The position numbers and the translations under genes were made by a program. From NCBI GenBank assembly GCA_963828625.1, contig CAWHEX010000011.1, positions 647,041 through 711,040 on the forward strand: a DNA stretch of 64,000 bases, read 5' to 3'. Within the stretch, counting starts at the first letter, position 1, and each line of letters begins with the position of its first letter. This document shows positions 57,551 to 64,000 of this stretch, one piece after another. This stretch comes from an uncultured Alphaproteobacteria bacterium. GTDB lineage: Bacteria; Pseudomonadota; Alphaproteobacteria; Rhizobiales; Xanthobacteraceae. The notes beneath the pieces were generated by a model that saw nothing but the letters and a program-made list of their open reading frames with translations, had not been told where the DNA came from and made no database searches.

Positions 57551-58717
57551 ATGCGGCCGTTCGAGGGCATCCGGGTGATCGACGTCACGCATGTGCTGGC
57601 GGGGCCGTTTGCCGCCTACCAGCTCGCGGTGCTCGGCGCCGACGTCATCAAGGTGGACGATCCGAACGATCCGGATCAAAGCCGGGTGATGGGCACCGAC
57701 AAGGCGCTCAACCACGCCCACATGGGCACCGGATTCCTGACGCAAGGCTCGAACAAGCGCGCCATCACGCTCGACCTGAAGACCGAACGCGGCCGCGAAA
57801 TCCTGAAAGCGCTAGTGAAGACCGCCGATGTGTTCGTCGAGAACTACCGGCCCGGTGCTTTCGAGGCGCTCGGCCTCGGCTACGAGGACCTGTCGAAGAT
57901 CAATCCCAAACTCATCTACGCATCGTTCTCCGCCTTCGGTCAGGAAGGCCCGCGCGGCAAGCAGACCGCCTACGATCACGTCATCCAGGCGACGTCCGGC
58001 ATCATGGCGATGACCGGCACCAAGGAGGTGAATCCGATCAAGTTCGGTTCACCGGCGATCGACTATGCGACCGGCATGACCGGCGCCTTCGCGCTTTCCG
58101 CCGCGCTCTATCAGCGCGAGAAGACCGGCAAGGGCCAGCGCATCGACATGGCGATGCTCGATGTCGCGATGATCCTGATGAGCTCGCATCTGACCGGCTA
58201 TCTGAGGAATGGCGTGCATCCGCAACCGAAGGGCAACCGCCATCCGCACGCCACCAACGGCGCGTTCCAGACCAAGGATGGCATCGTGATGATCGGCGCC
58301 AGCAACGTGCGCCAGCAGAAGCGGCTGTGGCTGCTGCTCGGTCATCCGGAGATGGTGAAGAAGAACAACGACGAGCGCGACGCCGACCACGCGCGCGAGA
58401 TCGCGCTGCTCGAAGCCGTCATGCTGACGCGCACCGCCGACGAGTGGGAGACATTCCTGCAGGCCAACCACGTTCCGGCATGCCGCGTGCGCACGATGGG
58501 CGAGGCCGTCGCCGACCCGCAGATCGCCACGCGCGGCATTCTGCACAAGCACACCGGCGCGGCCGGCGTCGAAGGCGGCTTCGGCGTCCCGCTCGCGGCG
58601 TTCAAGTTCGCGCATGGCGGCCCGAGCATCGAGACGCCGCCGCCCGGCCTCGGCGAGCACAACGAGCAGATTTTCGCCGAGCTGGGCTACGGGCCGGCCA
58701 AGACCGCCGCGGAGTAG
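57551..58717 (+). CDS. family III CoA-transferase (CaiB/BaiF)
   Basis: Inside ORF 57503..58717. The ATG at 57551 follows aaagggag. The sequence begins MRPFEGIRVIDVTHVLAGPFAAYQLAVLGADVIKVD. Confidence 0.85.
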   Translation: MRPFEGIRVIDVTHVLAGPFAAYQLAVLGADVIKVDDPNDPDQSRVMGTDKALNHAHMGTGFLTQGSNKRAITLDLKTERGREILKALVKTADVFVENYRPGAFEALGLGYEDLSKINPKLIYASFSAFGQEGPRGKQTAYDHVIQATSGIMAMTGTKEVNPIKFGSPAIDYATGMTGAFALSAALYQREKTGKGQRIDMAMLDVAMILMSSHLTGYLRNGVHPQPKGNRHPHATNGAFQTKDGIVMIGASNVRQQKRLWLLLGHPEMVKKNNDERDADHAREIALLEAVMLTRTADEWETFLQANHVPACRVRTMGEAVADPQIATRGILHKHTGAAGVEGGFGVPLAAFKFAHGGPSIETPPPGLGEHNEQIFAELGYGPAKTAAE

Positions 58718-58720
58718 GGC

Positions 58721-59567
58721 CTAGGCGAGAATAAATTCGCGCAGGACCCGGAACGCGCGCTCGGGATCGTCGCCGAATACGCCGTGTCCGCAATTCTCGA
58801 AGCGTTCGAGCCGCGCGAGGTGCGGTGGCAGGCATTTCGCAATGGTTTCGCTGAATTCCGGGGGTGCGATCGGATCGCGGTCGCCGGACAGGATCAGCAC
58901 CGGGCAACGCACGCGCGCAAGATCGGCGCGGAAATCCATCTGCCCCCATTCGTTGTCCGGCCCGGCGAATTTGAGCCCGACATCGTGGCGCAGGATCGCG
59001 CGTTTCACGCGCGTCCGGATCGGACGGCTTCACGCGATAGAGCGGGAGGTTTTTTTCGAAATAGGCCTTGCGGGTTTCCATCGTTGGTTTGAGCAGATGG
59101 GCCTCGGCCAGCGTACGGGCCTCCTTGCCGCCGATGCGCTCGAAGGCGGCGAACACGGCCTCGTAGTCCATGCGCGCGGCGGTGCTGACGAGAATGAGCT
59201 TGCCTGGATGCTCGGGGTGCCGCGTCGCATAGGATTGCGCGACGAACCCACCGAACGAGCCGCCATAGACGATCGGCTTCTCGATCCCGAGCGCATCGCA
59301 GAAGCCCTTCACGTCGTCACCCCAATGCGCGAGCGTCCACGTCTCCGGTTCGCCGCCGCTGCGGCCCTGGCCGCGCTGGTCGAGATAGATCACCTGCGCG
59401 ATGTCGGTGAGCTGCGAAAACGCCGGCTTGTACATGGTGTGGTCGAAGCCCGGCCCGCCGTGCAGCATCAGGAGGGTCGGCTTCTCGCGCATGCGCGGCC
59501 CGTCCGGCACGAGGCCCGCGCCTTCGACGTCGAAGTAGAGCCGCGCGCCGTTGACGGTGACGTACAT
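58721..59567 (-). pseudogene. alpha/beta hydrolase (proline iminopeptidase-like), one frame break near 59010
   Basis: ORF 58602..59627 gives MYVTVNGARLYFDVEG..LMLHGGPGFDH..YGGSFGGFVAQ..KNLPLYRVKP. It continues as ..VKRAILRHDVGLKF...CPVLILSGDRDPIAP...CGHGVFGDDPE..FILA* in ORF 58721..59008. Confidence 0.75.
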
Positions 59568-60805
59568 CAGGCGCGTGCCCGCTCCACGTTCGCGCTGCGC
59601 GTCGGCACGCCGAATTCCTTGCGGCATACCTCGGCGAGGATCGCGATGCCTTCGCGGATCTGCTCATGCGTCGGGCTCGCGAAGCAGATGCGCAGGCGCG
59701 AGCTGCTGTGTTGCTTGTCGGTCGACCACTCGTTGCCGGGGTTGATCGCAACGCCTTCCTTCAGCGCCGCCTGATAGAGCTTCATCGTGTCGACGTTGTC
59801 GGGCAGCTTCACCCACAGGAAGATGCCGCCCTTCGGGTCCTCGAACTCCGCAGACGTGCCGAACTGCTCGTTCAGGCTTTCCATCAGCGTCTCGACCTTT
59901 TTCCGCAGCGCCTTGCGCAGCGCGGGCACATGCGTGGCGAAATGCGGCGCGCAGTATTCGGCGAGCACCATCTGTTCGAGCGCGCCCGAACCCGCGTCGG
60001 TCTTGAGCGGCAGCATGCGCGACATGATCGCCCACGGCGCGACGAGGAAGCCGACGCGCAGCGCCGGCGCGATCGACTTCGAGAACGAGCCGCAATGCAT
60101 CACGTTCTGGCTCTTGCTCATGGCGTAGAGCGCGGGCGGGCGCTTGCCGTCCCAGATCAGGTCCGAATAGCAGTCGTCCTCGAACACCGGCACGCCGTAT
60201 TGCTCGGAAAGCCGCAGCAATTCGGCGCGCCGCGCCTCCGGCATGATCGTTGCGGTCGGATTTTGCACCGTCGGGATGGTGTAGATCATCTTCGGCTGCA
60301 CGCCGCGCGTCTTGCAGTCCGCGAGCGCGGCCGCGAGCGCGTCCATGCGCATCCCTTCGCGGTCGAGCGGAATACCGATCGCATTCACGCCGAGCCGCGC
60401 AAAGCGCTGTAGCGTGCCCTGATAGTTGTCTTTCTCGCAGATCACCGTGTCGCCGCGCGACAGCAGCGCGCCGTTGACGAGATCGAGTGCCTGCAACGAA
60501 CCCGATACGATCAGGATGTCGTCCGCCGTGCAGGCGATGGCGGCGTCGCGCTTGAGCTTCGCGGCGAGGAACTCGCGCAGCGGCCGGTAGCCCTGCGGCC
60601 CATGCGCAAGCCCGTAGGTCGCAAGATTGCGCCCCTCGCGCTGCAGCGAGGCATTCGCGGCGGCGAGCAGGCCGTCGACCGGCACTTCGTCAGCGTCGTT
60701 GTTGCCGCCGGTGAAATTGTACTTCGCGAGCCCGGTCCAGCGCACCGCCGCGGGCGGCAGGTTGGGCGTCAGCAAAGGCGTGAAGTCGAAGCCTACGGCG
60801 GTCAT
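59567..60805 (-). CDS. PLP-dependent aminotransferase (class I/II fold)
   Basis: Inside ORF 59567..60835, starting at MTAVGFDF. It has the PLP-lysine motif GSFSKSIAPALRVGF and ..YTIPTVQNPT... Confidence 0.85.
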   Translation of the reverse strand: MTAVGFDFTPLLTPNLPPAAVRWTGLAKYNFTGGNNDADEVPVDGLLAAANASLQREGRNLATYGLAHGPQGYRPLREFLAAKLKRDAAIACTADDILIVSGSLQALDLVNGALLSRGDTVICEKDNYQGTLQRFARLGVNAIGIPLDREGMRMDALAAALADCKTRGVQPKMIYTIPTVQNPTATIMPEARRAELLRLSEQYGVPVFEDDCYSDLIWDGKRPPALYAMSKSQNVMHCGSFSKSIAPALRVGFLVAPWAIMSRMLPLKTDAGSGALEQMVLAEYCAPHFATHVPALRKALRKKVETLMESLNEQFGTSAEFEDPKGGIFLWVKLPDNVDTMKLYQAALKEGVAINPGNEWSTDKQHSSSRLRICFASPTHEQIREGIAILAEVCRKEFGVPTRSANVERARA

Positions 60806-60939
60806 GAGTTCCTCCCTTTGCGGGAGGCATAGCATGCGAAGCGGCAGCGGGGAGGGGCCTGCGCGCAGACGAGCCTTGCGCCGTCAACGGGTTGCTGATG
60901 ACGGCCCGGCGATCCGCGGTCGGAATTCCGGAGCGGTGT

Positions 60940-61287
60940 TCAGCGCGCGCAGATCTTCGCCGAAGTCGCGTCGTTGATCCAGCAGGCGCGGTCCGCGGGA
61001 TCACGCTTATAGCGGCCCGGCAGCGCCGTGTTGCGGCCGCCGAGTTTTACGTAGCCGAAAGCGGCGTCGGGCGAGTCGATCACGAGACTATAGGTCGGCC
61101 TGCCTCGCGCTGAAATCTCGAAGCTTCCGTCCGATCCTGTCGAACGGAAATCGCACCGATAGCTGCCTTCATCGGTGGTGAAACAGCGCGCTGGTCGCGC
61201 CTCGGACGCGACAACGGTGGCGCAAAGCGCGACCATCGCCAGCAACGCACTGGCTAGCGCCGGATATACAAAAGTGCGGATTGTCAT
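60940..61287 (-). CDS. hypothetical small secreted protein (4 Cys)
   Basis: 115-aa ORF with a signal peptide (MTIRTFVYPALASALLAMVALCATVVASEA). I do not recognise a family. Confidence 0.5.
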   Translation of the reverse strand: MTIRTFVYPALASALLAMVALCATVVASEARPARCFTTDEGSYRCDFRSTGSDGSFEISARGRPTYSLVIDSPDAAFGYVKLGGRNTALPGRYKRDPADRACWINDATSAKICAR

Positions 61288-61359
61288 CAGGACGTTAGAG
61301 GCCTGAAATGAGGCGCCACGCGGGCGATGGCCGCCCGCGTGAACCCAAACATGCCAGCG

Positions 61360-62169
61360 TCAGGCGTTGTCCTTCAGCAATTCGGCCCAGGTGGTTTCGC
61401 CGACGACGCCGTCGTCCTTAAGGCCTTTCTGCAACTGGAAGGCTTTCACGGCCTCTTCGGTATGATCGCCGAAATCGCCGTCGGCGCGCACGTTGAACCC
61501 GGCCTCGATCAGTTCGTTCTGCAACTCGACCACGTCCGGCCCTTCGGAGCCGTTCTTCAGCACCGGATTCGTCTTGGCGGCCTCCGCTGGAGTCGGCGGC
61601 TTTGCCGCCGGTGCGGCGCCGGTCAGCCAGATCTTCTTCGCGGTCGCCAGATACTGCATGCGGTCGGCAAGCCCATTCTTTCCACCGTTGATCATCTTCG
61701 TGACCTTCACGACGTCGTCGTTGTCGGCCGCCGCATTGATCTTGCGACGCCGCCAGTAGGAAATGCCGGCGAGCAGCGCCCAGGGGAATTTCTCCAGCTC
61801 GAGCGGATTGGCGACGAAATCCGGCGCGTTCGGGTCCATCGTCTTCATGTCGGCGGTGGCTTCCTTGTAGTTGGCGCGGCCGGTGGTCTGGATCAGGCCG
61901 CGGCCGCGAAAGCGCACGCCGTCGCCCTGCTGCGTGTTGCCGAGGTCCTTGCGGCCCTCATAGGCGGCGCCGGAGGCGAACTCGCGCGTCACAGTGAAAT
62001 GCGCGCTCTCGTGCGCGAGCTGCGCCATGAAGTGACAAAGCCGCAACGGCGTATCGATGCCGCCTGCTTCGATGGCTTTCTGATTGCTGACGATGCCCTT
62101 GATGATCGTCGAGGTCGCATGCTTGGAGACTTGCTTCACGTGGGCGTCGGTGATCTGCGGCAGCGGCAT
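61360..62169 (-). CDS. glycoside hydrolase family 19 (chitinase/endolysin-like) domain + C-terminal peptidoglycan-binding domain
   Basis: 269-aa ORF. The GH19-like core has CHFMAQLAHESAHF and FRGRGLIQTTGRANY. The C-terminal PG_binding_1-like repeat reads DGDFGDHTEEAVKAFQLQKGLKDDGVVGETTW. There is no signal peptide. Confidence 0.7.
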   Translation of the reverse strand: MPLPQITDAHVKQVSKHATSTIIKGIVSNQKAIEAGGIDTPLRLCHFMAQLAHESAHFTVTREFASGAAYEGRKDLGNTQQGDGVRFRGRGLIQTTGRANYKEATADMKTMDPNAPDFVANPLELEKFPWALLAGISYWRRRKINAAADNDDVVKVTKMINGGKNGLADRMQYLATAKKIWLTGAAPAAKPPTPAEAAKTNPVLKNGSEGPDVVELQNELIEAGFNVRADGDFGDHTEEAVKAFQLQKGLKDDGVVGETTWAELLKDNA

Positions 62170-62317
62170 CTGGGTGGCCTCCCGTTCTTGATTGGAATGG
62201 AGATCAGGCTAGCAAACGTCCACAGGTTGTGGAAGCGTCGCGGTGACGCGCACGTTCACGGCGCGCGCGCCTCAGTTGTGCGAACACTGCTTGTGGTACC
62301 CGGTGACGGCGCGCACG

Positions 62318-63409
62318 CTATTTCTGCACGAAGTCCTTGCGCACTTCGTCCTTGAACCGCAGCCCATGCCCCGGTCTTTCCGGCGCGGTGATGAATCCAT
62401 CGGCGATCTGCAAGCGGATCGACCCACAAGTCGTCCAGCAGCCCCATGTTCTCGGCCCAGATGCCGTTCGGGATCGAGGCGAGCAAATGCACGTTGAGCT
62501 CGGGGAACAGATGCGGCGCGATCGTGATGCCCCAGGTGTCGGCGAGCGTCGCAATTTTCCGCAAATCCGTCATGCCGCCGCGCATCGGGTCCGGCTGCAG
62601 GATCGGCAGGCACGGATTGATGAAGAACGGCCGCAGGTCGTAGCGCGTGAAGTGCGTCTCGCCGCCGACCACGCGCATGTCGAGCGCGGCCGCGATGCGC
62701 TGGTAGCCTGCGAAGTCGTCGGCCGGCACCGGCTCCTCCAGCCAGTAGATGCCGTACTCCTCGAACTTGCGCCCCATCTCGATCGCGACGTCCGCGCTCC
62801 ACCCCATGTTGACGTCGATCATGATGTCGATGTCGGGCCCAACCGCCTCGCGCATGCGCCGCACATTCTCGACGTCCTGATGCAGGGTGTGCACGTGCGC
62901 GACCTGCATCTTGATCGCCTTGTAGCCCTGCTTCACGTAAGATGAGCGCCTTCTCGATCATCCCGTCGCCGCCCGCGCCGCGGAAACAGCCCGAGCCATA
63001 GATCGGGATCTTCGAGCGGTAGTGGCCCCACAGCCGATGCAGCGGGAGGTTCGCGCGCTTGCCGACCGCGTCCCACAGAGCGACGTCCAGAGCGCGGACA
63101 TCGCCATGCAGGCAATGCCGCCGCGGCCGTAGGTCATCGTGAAATCCCAGAGGTCCTTCCAGATCGCCTCGACGGCCGTCGCGTCCTTGCCGATCACGCG
63201 CGGGACGATGACACTCCTCGATGAACGTCGCGATGGTTTTCAGCCCCGGGCCGGAAGTGAAACAGATAGCCCATGCCGGTGATGCCGCCCGCGGTCTCGA
63301 TATCGACGATGAGGAGCCCGCGATCCGGCCCGAGCGCGTGCCCCTTGATCCATTCGGGGTTGGCCCAGGGCATGCGCAGCGTCGTCACGCGCACGTCCTT
63401 GATCGTCAT
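62318..63409 (-). pseudogene. enolase-superfamily enzyme (mandelate racemase/muconate lactonizing family, acid-sugar dehydratase-like), about 5 frame breaks
   Basis: Followed by hand: MTIKDVRVTTLRMPWANPEWIKGHALGPDRGLLIVDIETAGGITGMGYLFHFRPG / LKTIATFIEEC / VIVPRVIGKDATAVEAIWKDLW..MAMSAL / DVALWDAVGKRANLPLHRLWG..MIEKAL / YVKQGYKAIKMQVAH..IDVNMGW..YWLEEPV..VGGETH..WVDPL / QIADGFITAPERPGHGLRFKDEVRKDFVQK*. The pieces appear in ORFs 63194..63790, 62958..63197, 62272..62961, 62256..62936 and 62318..62554. Confidence 0.75.
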
Positions 63410-63465
63410 GTCGGCGTTGGTCACGGGCGTTTCCTTGTTCTTGAATTGAGAGCAGGAGAGGGCGT

Positions 63466-64000
63466 TCAGCGCGTCGCCACGATGAACAGGCGCGGAAACG
63501 GTAGCAACACGGTGCCGTCGGGAAAAGCCGGATAGGCGGCCGCGATGCCCGCCTGATAGCGGGCGAGGAATTCGCCCCGTTCGCCCTCGTTCAGCGGTCG
63601 AGATAGGGACGCAGCCCGCTGCCCTTGAACCACTCGACCACGGCGGCGCTGCCTGCGAGCGGATGGAAGTAGGTCGTGCGCCAGACATCGAGCCGCGTGA
63701 CCGCGCCGCGCAGCTTTTCGTAGTACCAGGCGGCGCTCTGACGGTGAAAGCGCTCGACCGTGCCGGCGTATTTCTTCGCCCACGGCCCATCCGCGGCGAT
63801 CTCGCGCATCAGCCGGTGCGCCGGCTCGTCGGCATTGTCGGGCACCTGCACGGCAAGCGTGCCGCCGGGGGAAAGCTTGCCGATCAGCGCGGGAAACAGC
63901 GCCGCGTGATCGGGCACCCATTGCAGCACCGCGTTCGCGAGCAGCACGTCGAAGGGACCCGGATCACGCCAAGCCGAAATATCGGCGAGCTCGAAACGAA
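63466..64000 (-). pseudogene. tam: trans-aconitate 2-methyltransferase, N-terminus beyond the right window edge, one frame break near 63595
   Basis: ORF 63591..63947 gives ..[69 protein letters not shown]. It continues as [43 protein letters not shown] in ORF 63466..63921. Confidence 0.8.

Noticed and set aside
60940-62169. A prophage remnant, inferred from the endolysin-like GH19 gene.
   Set aside because: I found no integrase, holin, capsid, tail or att-like repeats in the surrounding 10 kb. The flanking genes are ordinary metabolic genes.
1-64000. A search for tRNA, rRNA, tmRNA, transposase/IS ends, integrases, toxin-antitoxin pairs and known defence-system genes.
   Set aside because: I recognised none. 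There are no T-loop GGTTCGAATCC-type motifs, no DDE or tyrosine-recombinase-like ORFs, and no long terminal inverted repeats.

Overview
Visibly GC-rich chromosomal segment (GC not computed). The gene content and repeat types suggest a Bradyrhizobiaceae/Nitrobacteraceae-like alphaproteobacterium. That placement is inferred from homospermidine synthase, a long ODC leader, and REP-like repeats that translate as PAKAGIQ or PVPTFRDHAL. I can support about 65 protein genes, mostly housekeeping or accessory metabolism. The main clusters are: (1) a sugar-type ABC transporter (10.4-15.9 kb); (2) an acetoin-dehydrogenase-like E1alpha/E1beta + aldehyde dehydrogenase + E2-like operon (15.9-21.0 kb); (3) a TauE/SafE operon and a rhodanese-ChrB/ChrA operon (22.8-26.3 kb); (4) a zinc-uptake island with znuC/B, znuA, a COG0523 GTPase and a WD40 protein (29.0-34.1 kb); (5) a polyamine operon with ODC, GNAT and homospermidine synthase (34.7-38.5 kb); (6) Dcp peptidase and a GGT-like enzyme; (7) a DUF1007 + Ni/Co transporter pair next to a cobalt-type nitrile hydratase operon (43.0-47.4 kb); (8) TRAP Q/M permeases, a YeeE/YedE pair, and a 1161-aa indolepyruvate:ferredoxin oxidoreductase-family gene; (9) a GAF-EAL protein and a GH19 muramidase-like gene. 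I found no rRNA, tRNA, CRISPR array, transposase or convincing prophage. The most interesting item is an ~85-nt structured leader present twice at ~90% identity. Each copy sequesters the Shine-Dalgarno sequence of an oxyanion/sulfur-export operon. The second major observation is about 40 single-base frame disruptions in 18-19 otherwise well-conserved genes. They are mostly +1 insertions and are strongly clustered. This looks more like consensus error than decay, but it must be checked. Many long ORFs in the track are antisense shadow ORFs of this GC-rich DNA. Coordinates I derived by hand may be off by 1-3 nt.
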